Below are positions 41,205-51,554 of a stretch of 64,000 bases of DNA, in pieces. A model generated the notes under the pieces. That model was not told where the DNA came from and searched no databases. It was given only the letters and a program-made list of their open reading frames with translations. The position numbers and the translations under genes are program-made. Source of the DNA: Roseibacillus sp. (GTDB lineage: Bacteria > Verrucomicrobiota > Verrucomicrobiia > Verrucomicrobiales > Akkermansiaceae); contig CBDEUM010000029.1 of assembly GCA_965242925.1 (NCBI GenBank), positions 96,001 to 160,000 of the forward strand, given 5' to 3'. Numbering within the stretch: position 1 is the stretch's first letter; each line of letters starts with the position of its first letter.

Positions 41205-42362
41205 TCAGGGGGATGTCGTGCGGACCGCGAAGAATCCCGCTGGGCCGGCGATGGGAAAGTCCCTGGTGATTACTCCCATTGTGCCCGCGATAGTAGCCCG
41301 TTCCTCCCATTGATCGTGTGATAGCGCCGGGTCGGGAGTAAAGAGGACGGTGTAGGACTGGGTGTCGAGGGCGTCCCAGCTCAGGCGAACCTGACCGTCC
41401 GGAAGGCGGGCGATATCCAGGATCGGCACGACCAACGGCGGTGTGCTCGCGGGCGTGAGATCGAAGGTCACGCCGGGATTCTGGCTCTGGACAGTGACGG
41501 TGAAGGCGTTTCCGCTGTCGGAGATCCAGGCGGCGGCATCACCTGAGTCGAATCCGTCGGTGAAGATCGATTCGGTCACCAGGGTTTCCAGCCTGATGTC
41601 GAGGTTCTCCTCGACCGTGATCTCCAGAGTCCGTTCGAAGTCGACCTTGATCCGGCCGGGGTTAATAGAAGTGATGTCGGTGAACCCGTCGTAGCCGGGT
41701 GCGAATTCATCGTCGAACTCGGGTTCGGGGCCGGATGTGGAGTCGAATTTCGCACTCCCGAACAGTTCGGTGATCATTTCGCCGGTCTCAAGTTCCCCCA
41801 CATTGACGCGGAAGGAGGCCCCCACATCGCCGACGATGCCGCTGCTGACGGGGTCGACCAATTCGAAGTCCTGCTCCAATTTGATGTCGAGGGTGATATT
41901 CTGAATGCCCGGTTCAGGATCATGGGCCCTGAAAATAGTCCTGTTCTGACTGCTGGTCGCGATGAAGCGGGCGGGGGTGGATCCTGGTGGGGGTTCGCTC
42001 GAGAGGGGGAACATGCTTACCCGGCCCTGGTGTTCGATGCTGAACCGGGGGATTCCGGTGGCCCCGGCAGAGTTCACCTCCACCGAGGCGAAGACAGGTT
42101 CGAGGGGATCGAAGAACTCCGGCGGGATCGTGATTTCCTCAAAGAGATTGATTGCCGCCATGGAGGCGCCGCTTCTTGTGCGGTTGAATCCTCCCACCTC
42201 GACGCCATTGAATCCGAAGAACGAGAAGTCGGCACAGGAACCGGGAGCCCCGGGCGCGAGATTTGCGAAGAACTGCGGGCAGGAGCCCTGGGCCCGGGCA
42301 CTGACCGGTAGTCCCAGCGAACATGCGGTGCTGGCCAGAAGGAGTGGGATCCGGAGGTTCAT
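41205..42362 (-). CDS. Exported acidic hypothetical protein with verrucomicrobial C-terminal beta-domain
   Basis: Signal peptide; C-terminus VRLSW...SYTVLFTPDP...W...GFFAVR. Confidence 0.78.
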   Translation of the reverse strand: MNLRIPLLLASTACSLGLPVSARAQGSCPQFFANLAPGAPGSCADFSFFGFNGVEVGGFNRTRSGASMAAINLFEEITIPPEFFDPLEPVFASVEVNSAGATGIPRFSIEHQGRVSMFPLSSEPPPGSTPARFIATSSQNRTIFRAHDPEPGIQNITLDIKLEQDFELVDPVSSGIVGDVGASFRVNVGELETGEMITELFGSAKFDSTSGPEPEFDDEFAPGYDGFTDITSINPGRIKVDFERTLEITVEENLDIRLETLVTESIFTDGFDSGDAAAWISDSGNAFTVTVQSQNPGVTFDLTPASTPPLVVPILDIARLPDGQVRLSWDALDTQSYTVLFTPDPALSHDQWEERATIAGTMGVITRDFPIAGPAGFFAVRTTSP

Positions 42363-42467
42363 ACCGCGGGTTGCCCCTCTGTGTTCGCGAGGTGGTGCGT
42401 GATGTTCATGCTGCCTCGTCTATCAGCTTTCCGGGTGGGCGCAGGTTCGCTGGAGCAATGATCAGGA

Positions 42468-43931
42468 CTACAGGAGGATATCCTTGATGGGGTAGGCATC
42501 CTCCACGCCGGTCAGGCGTTGCTGTAACCCCTGGAACGGGAAGCGGAAGCGGTGATTGTCGATACCCATGCAGTGGAGAATAGTGGCGTTCAGCTCGTTG
42601 AGGTGAACGGGTTTTTCCGTGACATTGTAGCTGAAGTCATCGGTTTCTCCGTGGGAGAGGCCTGCCTTTATGCCGCCGCCAGCCATCCACATGCAGAAAT
42701 TGCGGGGGTGGTGGTCGCGACCGTAGTTCTCCTTTGTCAGTTTGCCCTGGCAGTAGGCGGTGCGCCCGAATTCACCGCCGAAAACAACCACCGTGTCCTT
42801 CAGCATTCCTCTTTCCTTGAGGTCCTTGATAAGGGCGGCGGTTGGCTGGTCAACGTCAAGGCACTGGTTCTTGATCTCCTTGGGCAGGTTGCCGTGCTGG
42901 TCCCAGCCGCGGTGGAGAATCTGCACCACCCGGACCCCACGTTCAATGAGACGGCGGGTGAGGATCGCCGAATGGGCAAAGCTGCCAGGCTTCTGGACAT
43001 CTGGCCCATACCTCTCGAGGGTTGCCTTGCTCTCTTTGCCAAGGTCAGTCAGTTCGGGGACACTGGTTTGCATCCGGAAGGCCATTTCGTACTGGGCAAT
43101 GCGGGTTTGTGTCTCGGGGTCCCCGAAGCGCTCGAAAGCCCTGCGGTTCAGCTGGCCCAGGGCGTCGAGCATGGCACGCCGGTCGCCAGGCAGCACCCCC
43201 GGGGGATTCTTCACGTATAATACCGGATCGCCGGCGCTGCGGAGCTTCACTCCGTCATACTTGGAGGGCAGGAAACCACTGGTCCACATGCGGGAGAACA
43301 ACGCCTGGCTCGGGTTCTTGACGGTCGGGGTGAAAACCACGAAGGCGGGTAGATTCTGGCTTTCGCTGCCAAGGCCATAGCTGAGCCAGGAACCGAGGCT
43401 GGGCTTGCCGGGCACCTCACTGCCGGTCATCACGAAGGTACAGGCCGGGTCGTGGTTGATGGCCTCGGTGTGGACCGATTTGATCATGGTGATCTCGTCG
43501 GCGATGCCCTTCATGTGTGGAACCAGCTCACTCATCAGGATGCCCGACTGTCCACAGCGCTCGAAGGCGAACCTGCTGGGAGCCACGGGGAAACGTTTTT
43601 GCCCACTGGTCATGGTGGTGATGCGTTGACCGTTGCGGACCGAATCGGGAAGTTCCTTGTCGAAGAACTTCTCCATCTGGGGTTTGTGGTCGAAGAGGTC
43701 CTGCTGAGCCGGAGCGCCGTTCATGTGCAGGTAGATGAGGTTCTTGGCCTTGGGCGCAAAGTGAGGGAGTCCGGGCAGGGCCGGATGGATATCGGGGCCT
43801 GGAGTGGGCTTGGCGGCAAGGCCTCTCTGGGCGAGGAGCTGGGCCAGGGCGATACCCCCTACCTTGAGACCGGCTCCCTGGAAGAACCGGCGACGGGATT
43901 GGAGGTGATGAAATTCGAGGGCAGGATCCAT
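42468..43931 (-). CDS. DUF1501 (sulfatase-like) protein with Tat signal
   Basis: [42 protein letters not shown]. Confidence 0.9.
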   Translation of the reverse strand: MDPALEFHHLQSRRRFFQGAGLKVGGIALAQLLAQRGLAAKPTPGPDIHPALPGLPHFAPKAKNLIYLHMNGAPAQQDLFDHKPQMEKFFDKELPDSVRNGQRITTMTSGQKRFPVAPSRFAFERCGQSGILMSELVPHMKGIADEITMIKSVHTEAINHDPACTFVMTGSEVPGKPSLGSWLSYGLGSESQNLPAFVVFTPTVKNPSQALFSRMWTSGFLPSKYDGVKLRSAGDPVLYVKNPPGVLPGDRRAMLDALGQLNRRAFERFGDPETQTRIAQYEMAFRMQTSVPELTDLGKESKATLERYGPDVQKPGSFAHSAILTRRLIERGVRVVQILHRGWDQHGNLPKEIKNQCLDVDQPTAALIKDLKERGMLKDTVVVFGGEFGRTAYCQGKLTKENYGRDHHPRNFCMWMAGGGIKAGLSHGETDDFSYNVTEKPVHLNELNATILHCMGIDNHRFRFPFQGLQQRLTGVEDAYPIKDILL

Positions 43932-43938
43932 GGTGGGG

Positions 43939-46900
43939 TCAGTTCTTGTTTACGACCTCGTCAAGATTGAGGAGCAGGTTCGCCACGAGGGTCCAGGCGG
44001 CCAGGTCATTCTGCTTGAGGGCGGGATCGGGTTTACTTTCGCCGAAGGCAATGAGTTGCTCGGCAGCTGCAGAGTCAACGGCGAAGCGGTTCAGGTGTGT
44101 CTGAAGCGCCTTCAGCACGATTTTTGATTCTTCCGGATCAGGGTAACGGGCGGTGACAAGCCGCCATGCCCAGCGGACACGGTCCTCAGCATTTGTTCCG
44201 CCTTCCTTGAGAATGCGCTGGCCAAGGGCGCGTGCTGCTTCGACGTGTTGAACATCGTTCATCAGCTGCAGGGCCTGCATCGGGGTGTTGCTGCGGCCAC
44301 GTGCCGAGCAGCTTTGTTCGCGGTTGGGTCCATCAAAGGTGGCCATGAAGGGCGGCGGAGCGGTGCGCTTGAGGAAGGTATAAAGGCTGCGTCGATACAG
44401 GTCCTCCCCCTTGTCCTGCTTGTAATTGCGCGTGTTGCTGGAGGCAAAGCCGACCGGTTCCCAGATATTGGGGGGCTGATAGGGCCTGACACCCCGGCCT
44501 CCGATCGTAGAGACCATCAGTCCGCTGAGGTTCAGGGCCTGATCACGGATGACCTCGGCATCCAGTCGATGCCGTGGTCCCCGGGCCAGGAGACGGTTTT
44601 CCGGATCCTTTTCCCGCAACGCGGGCGAGGCCGCGGAGCTTTGGCGATAGGCATGACTGGTGAGGATGCGCGTCACCAGTCGCTGAATATCCCAGCCATC
44701 TTCCATGAACTGTAAGGCCAGCCAATCGAGCAGTTCAGGGTGGCTGGGCAACTCTCCCTGGGTGCCAAAGTCTGCGCTGGTTTTCACCAGGCCAGTACCG
44801 AAGAACTGCTGCCAGAAACGATTTACCGCGACGCGTGCGGTGAGCGGATGTTGTCCGTCGACCAGCCAATTGGCCAGGTCCAGCCGGTTGTAATCGCCAT
44901 CCTTTGGTTTGGGCGGAAGCGGCGGCAGGAAGGCAGGTACGTTGCGGCTGACCTTCTCTCCGGGGTTATCATACTGCCCGCGTTTCATCACGAAGCTCTC
45001 CCGTGGCTTGGGCAGGTCGGCCATCACGAAGGTCACTGCGGTGTTTTTGCCGATGGCATTCTTCTCGGCCACCAGCTTTGCCTTTTCGTCATTGAGTGGT
45101 TTCAGCGTATCCTTGGCCCCCTTGTAGATCCGGCCGAGCCAGTGCAGGAAAAGGCGTTTTTCCTGGGACTCCGCCCATTCGCCGGGCTTCTTTCCCTTCA
45201 CGAGCTTGCGTAGTTCCTCGTTGAGATCCTGTTCGCGCTCATTTTCCTTCTGCGCTTTCCACGCTTTCCATGAAAAGACCGGGTCGGTGACAGGGTTGGT
45301 GGTGACGTGGCCCCCGGATTGGTCCCAGTAGACCTTGCCGTCAAACTGGGTGTAGGCCCAGCCGTTGAGCTGGGCACCCGGCTTGAGGCCCACCTGCTCG
45401 ACGTCGACCTCAAGGCGCACCCATTTCCCGGTTTCTGGCAGGTCGCCCATGCGCCGCCGGCTGACGGAATCGTTCTGGCCCCACTCGATCTGGTTGCCTC
45501 CCCAGTAGGCGCGGTGTTCCCACGTCCCGTCATTGAACTGCAGCATGATCTGTTTCGGGGGATTGGTTGCATCGAGGTAAACATGCGCGAACAGCTTCAT
45601 GCCATCCTCGATGACCAGGGGAGGGTTGGCACCGGTGAAGTAGTGCTGGCTCAGGCCCTTGGCCTCCCGGACGCTCGCCTTGACCCCACTGAAAACCGGT
45701 TCTGGTGGACTTACGAACTTCCATGGGGTGTTACCTTGCGCGGCAGCCTTGGCGGGCAGGGCATCCTCGATCCACACCGTCTCCTTCGTGGTTGGCGGGG
45801 GCGGTTTGCTGAGGTCTGCCGGGTCGTTGTAGTCAATCCCTGTTACGGCTTCCGTGATGCGTTTTTCGACCGCCTGGATCTTCGAATCCAGAGCCGCGAG
45901 CTTTTCCTGCGCACCTGGCAGCGGCACGCGGATAACAGGTGGAGTGTCCAGCTTGTTCCCGTCCAGGGCAGGGTCGGCGGTACTGTGGAAGAAGGAATAC
46001 ATCGAGTAATACTCGTTCGTGGAAATAGGGTCAAATTTGTGGTCGTGGCATACCGCGCAACCAGCTGTCAGTCCCATCCACACCTCCACTGTCGTCGAAG
46101 TGCGTTCCACGGCATTGCGATAAATCCATTCAGCATTGATGCTGCCTCCTTCTCCGGTGGTCACATTACAGCGGTTGAATCCCGAGGCAATTTTCTGATC
46201 GATGGTCGCCCCGGGCAACAGGTCTCCAGCCAGTTGCCAGCGGGTAAACTCATCGAACCTGATGTTCCGGTTGAACGCCCGCACCACCCAGTCGCGGTAG
46301 GGCCACATCGAGCGCTCGTTGTCGAGGTGCAGGCCATGGGTGTCGGCGTAGCGCGCGAGGTCCAGCCAATAGCGTGCCATGTGCTCGCCGTAGGACGGGC
46401 GCTTCATCAGGCTAGTGATCAGATTTTCCAGCGCCCGGGGGGAGTTGTCCGTGAGAAAGGCGTCTACTTCCTCCGGCCTGGGAGGCAGTCCAGTGAGATC
46501 CAGGTAGACACGTCGAATGAGTGTTTCGGGCCTGGCCAGCGGCGCGGGCTCCAGGCCTTCCTCTGCCAGGCGCTGCTGCAGGAAGGCGTCAATCGGATTT
46601 GCCACCCCCTTGGGCACCGCGGGAGGCTTCGGAGCTGTGAAGGCCCAGTGATCCGCATACGGCGCACCTTGCAGGATCCATTGCTTCAGGATGTCCTTTT
46701 CCGCATCGGAAAGTTCCTTATGTGAATCCCGGGGAGGCATCACCTCGTCCTCGTCTTCCGAGAGGATGCGAACCCATGCTTCGCTGTTCTCCAGATCCCC
46801 GGGCACAATGGCTTGCACACCATCGCGTTCAGCAAGAGCCGATTCACCTTGGTCGAGGCGCAGCTTGGCTTTGCGCTTTTTTGCGTCCTGACCGTGACAG

Positions 46901-47016
46901 GCAAAGCAATTTTCCGAGAGGATGGGCCGGATATCACGCGTGAAGTCCGGGGCGGTCGGGGCGGCTTCAGTCAGGAGACTCGCGCCCAGGACTGGAACGA
47001 TGATGGTTCTCATCAT
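43939..47016 (-). CDS. Planctomycete cytochrome c + DUF1549 + DUF1553 (PSD1) protein, intact
   Basis: [65 protein letters not shown]. Confidence 0.92.
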   Translation of the reverse strand: MMRTIIVPVLGASLLTEAAPTAPDFTRDIRPILSENCFACHGQDAKKRKAKLRLDQGESALAERDGVQAIVPGDLENSEAWVRILSEDEDEVMPPRDSHKELSDAEKDILKQWILQGAPYADHWAFTAPKPPAVPKGVANPIDAFLQQRLAEEGLEPAPLARPETLIRRVYLDLTGLPPRPEEVDAFLTDNSPRALENLITSLMKRPSYGEHMARYWLDLARYADTHGLHLDNERSMWPYRDWVVRAFNRNIRFDEFTRWQLAGDLLPGATIDQKIASGFNRCNVTTGEGGSINAEWIYRNAVERTSTTVEVWMGLTAGCAVCHDHKFDPISTNEYYSMYSFFHSTADPALDGNKLDTPPVIRVPLPGAQEKLAALDSKIQAVEKRITEAVTGIDYNDPADLSKPPPPTTKETVWIEDALPAKAAAQGNTPWKFVSPPEPVFSGVKASVREAKGLSQHYFTGANPPLVIEDGMKLFAHVYLDATNPPKQIMLQFNDGTWEHRAYWGGNQIEWGQNDSVSRRRMGDLPETGKWVRLEVDVEQVGLKPGAQLNGWAYTQFDGKVYWDQSGGHVTTNPVTDPVFSWKAWKAQKENEREQDLNEELRKLVKGKKPGEWAESQEKRLFLHWLGRIYKGAKDTLKPLNDEKAKLVAEKNAIGKNTAVTFVMADLPKPRESFVMKRGQYDNPGEKVSRNVPAFLPPLPPKPKDGDYNRLDLANWLVDGQHPLTARVAVNRFWQQFFGTGLVKTSADFGTQGELPSHPELLDWLALQFMEDGWDIQRLVTRILTSHAYRQSSAASPALREKDPENRLLARGPRHRLDAEVIRDQALNLSGLMVSTIGGRGVRPYQPPNIWEPVGFASSNTRNYKQDKGEDLYRRSLYTFLKRTAPPPFMATFDGPNREQSCSARGRSNTPMQALQLMNDVQHVEAARALGQRILKEGGTNAEDRVRWAWRLVTARYPDPEESKIVLKALQTHLNRFAVDSAAAEQLIAFGESKPDPALKQNDLAAWTLVANLLLNLDEVVNKN

Positions 47017-47148
47017 TGGATGGGAGAGAGTATCACCACGTAACGCGGGGTAAAGGGAGGAACTGAGCGCAGGGAGGCGGCTCTGCAGGAATCCTGCGGG
47101 GGCATGTGCCAGAGAGCTTGAAACGGCATTGTAATCGCGACCGTTGTT

Positions 47149-48027
47149 TCAGATTTCCGTCACGATCTGCTTCAGGTAGTCCGCCAGTTCCGGGCCGATA
47201 TCCTCACGCCTGAGGCCGAACTCGACGTTGGTCTTGATGAAGTCGAGCTTGTTTCCGATGTCGTAGCGCTTGCCGTCAAAGCGGAGGCCGTAGAGTCCGC
47301 GTTCCTGCAGCATGAGAACCATGGCGTCGGTCAGCTGGATCTCGCCATTCTTGCCCGGTCCGGTCTCCTCGAGGTAGTTGAAGATCTCGGGGCGCAACAC
47401 ATAACGGCCGGCAATAGCCAGGTTGGAGGGAGCCTCTTCCACGGAAGGCTTCTCGATGAGCTGGTCGATCTCAATGATGCCGTTACCGCGGTTCTCTCCA
47501 CCCGCGATACCGTAAAGGGGGACCTTTTCGCGCTCCACTTCGTCGAGAGCAATGACGGATTCCTGCTGGTCCTCGTAGATGTCGATCATCTGCCGCAGGA
47601 TGGGCCGGTCCGGGTTATTACTGCTGAGAAGGGTATCACCGAGGAGGAGGGCGAAGGGCTCGTGGCCCACGAAGGTGCGCCCGTAGGAGACGGCATCGCC
47701 GAGTCCGTTGAGCTCCTTCTGCCAGACAAAGTGGATGGAGGCCATGTCCGAGATGCGGCGGATCTGTTCGAGCAGCTCCGTCTTGCCCTGTGCGTCGAGC
47801 GCCAGTTCCAACTCGGTGGCGGGGTAGAAGTGTTCCTCGATGGCGCGTTTGCCGCGGCCGATGACCATGAGGATGTCGGTGATGCCACTGTGCACGCATT
47901 CCTCCACCACGTACTGGATGGTGGGGGTGTCCACAATGGGCAGCATTTCCTTGGGCTGCGACTTGGTGGCGGGCAGGAAGCGGGTGCCGAATCCGGCGGC
48001 TGGAATGACGGCTTTGGTGACGGGCAT
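47149..48027 (-). CDS. galU: UTP--glucose-1-phosphate uridylyltransferase (GalU family)
   Basis: KAVIPAAGFGTRFLPATKSQPKEMLP; GLGDAV; LLGD; IEKP; GEIQLTDA; YDIG. ATG at 48027. Confidence 0.93.
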   Translation of the reverse strand: MPVTKAVIPAAGFGTRFLPATKSQPKEMLPIVDTPTIQYVVEECVHSGITDILMVIGRGKRAIEEHFYPATELELALDAQGKTELLEQIRRISDMASIHFVWQKELNGLGDAVSYGRTFVGHEPFALLLGDTLLSSNNPDRPILRQMIDIYEDQQESVIALDEVEREKVPLYGIAGGENRGNGIIEIDQLIEKPSVEEAPSNLAIAGRYVLRPEIFNYLEETGPGKNGEIQLTDAMVLMLQERGLYGLRFDGKRYDIGNKLDFIKTNVEFGLRREDIGPELADYLKQIVTEI

Positions 48028-48143
48028 CGGGAGGAAGGGGCAACCGGGGCGGCTGGCCACCGGGATGCCGGAGGTATTGGAATCCTGCAGGATGAGGGAG
48101 GCAAGGAGGAACTGACCCGCGGGGGCAGGCTACTCCGTCGCTG

Positions 48144-49151
48144 CTATCGGCTTTCAGGTTCGATGATCGGCTTGATGACCTCCACTCCGAGCCTGCCCAG
48201 CCCGGTTTGAAGGGCCGCGAACATCTCGTCACCGTCGTAAGTTCCCACGATGGCTCCTCCGGAGCCGGTGAATTTGGCGGAGGCTCCCACCGAGCGGGCG
48301 GTTTCCACCATGGCCAGGTTGCCGTCCGACAGGCGATAGAGCGATTTGCGCAGGTCGAAGTTGCGGTCCAGAAGCGGCCCGATCCGGGAGCCCTTCCCGC
48401 TGGTGAGCAGGTCGCGGCATTGCTGGGTCAGATCGGCCCACTCTTCCATGGCGGCCACCACGTCGGGTTCCCTGCGGTGAAAGCGGCCGCGAATATCATT
48501 GTGGAAGACTTCCGTGCCCTCCGAGAGCCTCGTGCTGTAGGCGAGGTAGAGTGAAGGCAGGGTCTTGGGATCGAGTTGCTCGTAGGCACCGTGACCCATT
48601 TGCTCGAAGTGCTTTTCGGCGAAGTCCATGAAGACCACTCCTTCGTAGGCCTGGACCACACGGTCCTGCAGCCCGGCCGGGATGCGAAGCTCGTCGGTCT
48701 CCACGGAAAGAACGAGGTTGGCCAGAGTGGGAGGGGTGATGCTTACATCGTAGAACCGCATGAGGGCCCGGAAGCAGGCGGTGATGATCGCACTTGAACC
48801 CGCCATGCCGACGTGGGGCGGAATGTCGCTGCTGTAACGGAGGGTAAAGTTCCGGGAGTGCAGGGAGATCCCGTTCTCCCCGCAGTGATCGTGGAAGCGT
48901 TTCACCGAGGCCTTGAGGAGACGCAGTCCGCCGTAGTAACCGAAGGTCCGGGTGTCCTCCACGAGATCGGACAGGCTCCCGAAGAGCATCTCGTCGCGGC
49001 GCGCAGGCTGGATTTCCAGATCAGGCGACTCCCAGAGGGAAACCCTGGCCGAGAAATTCCTCACGAGGAGGGAGATCGTCTTGCCGTGGAAACCGTCGGA
49101 AGGGTTCCCGATCAGGCCGGCACGAGGATACGAAGCGGTTTTGATGACCAT
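48144..49151 (-). CDS. GHMP kinase, glucuronokinase-like
   Basis: RAGLIGNPSD, YYGGLRLL, GHMP motif IPPHVGMAGSSA, AGLQDRV, NFDLR, AKFTGSGGA. ATG at 49151. Confidence 0.85.
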   Translation of the reverse strand: MVIKTASYPRAGLIGNPSDGFHGKTISLLVRNFSARVSLWESPDLEIQPARRDEMLFGSLSDLVEDTRTFGYYGGLRLLKASVKRFHDHCGENGISLHSRNFTLRYSSDIPPHVGMAGSSAIITACFRALMRFYDVSITPPTLANLVLSVETDELRIPAGLQDRVVQAYEGVVFMDFAEKHFEQMGHGAYEQLDPKTLPSLYLAYSTRLSEGTEVFHNDIRGRFHRREPDVVAAMEEWADLTQQCRDLLTSGKGSRIGPLLDRNFDLRKSLYRLSDGNLAMVETARSVGASAKFTGSGGAIVGTYDGDEMFAALQTGLGRLGVEVIKPIIEPESR

Positions 49152-49241
49152 CGACGGTAGTGGTCTACATCGTGGGGTCCGAATTGGGAATCGTGAAAAT
49201 AATTGGATTTGTGCCAATCGGTCTCCATGGCAAGAGAGGGC

Positions 49242-50039
49242 ATGGAAATGAAGGAGACCATCGATTGGGAGGGCAAGGGCCTGATTGGAGTGGTGCACCT
49301 GCAACCTCTGCCAGGCTCGCCGCGTTACCGCAGGTCGATGAGGGAGATCTGTGCAGCAGCGGTGGTAGATGCGCAGGCCTACGAGGAGGGAGGGGCGCAG
49401 GGCCTGATGATCGAGAATTTCGGCGACCTGCCCTTTACCCGCGGGGCGGTGGCACCCGAGACCGTGGCGGCCATGACAGTGGCGGCAGAGTCAATCAGGG
49501 CTAAGGGTGTGCAGCTTCCTCTCGGATTCAACGTCCTTCGGAACGATGCGTCCTCGGCGTTGGCCCTTGCCGCGGCCTGCGGAGGAGCGTTTGTGCGGGT
49601 CAATGTTCATACCGGAGCGGTGGAAGCGGACCAGGGGATCATCCAGGGAGAGGCCTACACCACGTTGCGCAAGCGCGCGGCGCTTTGTCCGGAGGTCCAG
49701 ATCTGGGCCGATGTGCTGGTCAAGCATGCGGTGCCCATCGGGGATCTCGGAATCGAGGAAACTGCACGGGACACCTTTCATCGTGGACTGGCGGATGCCC
49801 TCATCGTGTCCGGAGTGGCCACGGGGGCGGCGACGGGAGTTGACGATTTGCGACGGGTGAAGGGGGCCTGCCCGGAAGCTCCCCTGCTGGTGGGCAGCGG
49901 GGTGCGGGCCGACAACGTCGGGGAGTTGCTGGAGTATGCCGACGGGCTGATTGTGGCGTCCTCCCTGAAGGTGGATGGAGTTCTCGCCAACCCGGTAGAT
50001 GTGAAGCGGGTGAGAGAGTTGAGGAAGGCGATGGGGTGA
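49242..50039 (+). CDS. BtpA/SgcQ family TIM-barrel protein
   Basis: IGVVHLQPLPGSP, IENFGDLPF, GFNVLRND, FVRVN, ADVLVKH, ADALIVSG.ATG, VGSGV. Confidence 0.9.
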   Translation: MEMKETIDWEGKGLIGVVHLQPLPGSPRYRRSMREICAAAVVDAQAYEEGGAQGLMIENFGDLPFTRGAVAPETVAAMTVAAESIRAKGVQLPLGFNVLRNDASSALALAAACGGAFVRVNVHTGAVEADQGIIQGEAYTTLRKRAALCPEVQIWADVLVKHAVPIGDLGIEETARDTFHRGLADALIVSGVATGAATGVDDLRRVKGACPEAPLLVGSGVRADNVGELLEYADGLIVASSLKVDGVLANPVDVKRVRELRKAMG

Positions 50040-50122
50040 GTGGCTCCCCCCGGTTCAAGGATGCGAATGCGACGCGCCAGGTTCCGGATTCCTCTCAGGT
50101 GCGCGAGGGGCCTTTCGATCGA

Positions 50123-51118
50123 TCAATCCGCTGGAAACGGATTGGCGCTCGAGCGCAGGTTGATCTCTTCCGGTGAGGAGAGGCTGGAGAGGTGGTCTGC
50201 GCGGTGGCCGGAATCGGCTGCAAGGGTTAGTCGGGCAGGTGAGAGGCGGACCACGGAGAGACCAAGGGAGGCGCTCACCGTAAAGAGGAGGGCGGCCCCG
50301 ACGAGGAGAGAATGCTTGGCCCGGCGGCGGCAAACGACCCGTTCGACCCGGGCACGCAGGGGAGCCCGGCCTGCCATGGCGAGGGCGGCCTGGGGGAGGG
50401 TGCCGGCTTCCGCGATGTCGCAGAGGGCGGTGGCATAACGGTCCGGATCGGTTCCCAACGCGATGACCTTGGCATCGCAGGCAAATTCGCACTGGGCGAT
50501 GAGCCGGGAGCGCAGCCACCATACCAGCGGGTTAAACCAGTAGACCAGACAGGCGCACTGGGCGGCCAGATTGGTCCAGAGGTCGCGGCGAGCCACGTGT
50601 CCGAGTTCATGCAGGAGGACCATACGCAGGGTGCCTTCGTTCCAGTGGACACTACTGGAGGGGAGATAGACCACCGGGCGGAAAAGGCCGGCGATGAAGG
50701 GCGACATGCATTGTGGATGCAGGCGCACCCGGATCCTGTGGCGCAGACCCAGCTGCAGGCGACAGTTTTCCAGAGTACGCTCCATCAACGGCTTCCCGGC
50801 ATCCACCGACCTGGCTCGCCAGCGATTGAGCGAAACGAAGTCGGCTGCCAGGCGCAGGGTGAAGAGGAGAAATCCTCCCATCCAGAGGAGGGGGAACCAT
50901 GAGATGGTTGCGGAGACGGCCCCAGGTTGCGCCGGCGCCGTCAGGGCGGGAAGTTCCACCATCAACTTGGGCAGTTGCGCCAGGAAGGGCAGAGCCAGAA
51001 GCGTGAGGAGGCTGCCCAGGGTCAGAAGGGGAGACTGGGCCGGATCCCGTCGACCGGTCAACCAGACGGCCAGAACCGCGAGAAGCGAAAGAGCGGCACT
51101 GGTGAGAAGAAGGGACAT
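50123..51118 (-). CDS. M56 family metallopeptidase (BlaR1-like), without C-terminal sensor domain
   Basis: TM segments; SPFIAGLFRPVVYLP; HELGH zinc motif; YWFNPLVWW; EFACD. Confidence 0.9.
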   Translation of the reverse strand: MSLLLTSAALSLLAVLAVWLTGRRDPAQSPLLTLGSLLTLLALPFLAQLPKLMVELPALTAPAQPGAVSATISWFPLLWMGGFLLFTLRLAADFVSLNRWRARSVDAGKPLMERTLENCRLQLGLRHRIRVRLHPQCMSPFIAGLFRPVVYLPSSSVHWNEGTLRMVLLHELGHVARRDLWTNLAAQCACLVYWFNPLVWWLRSRLIAQCEFACDAKVIALGTDPDRYATALCDIAEAGTLPQAALAMAGRAPLRARVERVVCRRRAKHSLLVGAALLFTVSASLGLSVVRLSPARLTLAADSGHRADHLSSLSSPEEINLRSSANPFPAD

Positions 51119-51164
51119 GGTCTGAAGGAGTGGTCGCTGTTCAGTAGGCAGAGCGTCGCCGGAT

Positions 51165-51536
51165 CTACTTTTGCCTGATCAATTCCCGGATGCCGTCGAT
51201 TTCCTTCTTGCTGAGCTGCTGGTCGCACGGATCGAGCAGAGCGGCTACCAGGTTTTCCGGTTTCCCTTCGAAAAATGTGCGCAGGAGGCTGTCGAGGGCC
51301 GTGCGTTTCGCCTTTTTCGGGGACTTGGCTCGGTAGACGTAGCGCCGGCCCTCCTTCGAGTGGCTCACCATCTCCTTCCCCTCCAGGGTGGCCAGCAGGG
51401 CCCGCACGGCTGAGTAGGATGGAGGATCGGGCAGGCTCTCCTGGACTTCCTTGGCGGTGGCCTGGCTCAGGCGGTAAAGAATCTCGAGAATCTGGCGCTC
51501 GCGGCGCGAGACTTGCCCTTTCTCGAATCGGTTCAT
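51165..51536 (-). CDS. BlaI/MecI/CopY family transcriptional repressor
   Basis: SRRERQILEILY...SYSAVRALLATLEGK...GRRYVY...LLRTFFEG; adjacent to the M56 peptidase. Confidence 0.92.
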   Translation of the reverse strand: MNRFEKGQVSRRERQILEILYRLSQATAKEVQESLPDPPSYSAVRALLATLEGKEMVSHSKEGRRYVYRAKSPKKAKRTALDSLLRTFFEGKPENLVAALLDPCDQQLSKKEIDGIRELIRQK

Positions 51537-51554
51537 AAGGCCACTCTAAGAGTG

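Noticed and set aside
28256..43931. DUF1501 proteins as true sulfatases
   Set aside because: They lack the C/SxPxR formylglycine motif.
50123..51536. Beta-lactam resistance locus
   Set aside because: No beta-lactamase or penicillin-binding sensor domain is present.
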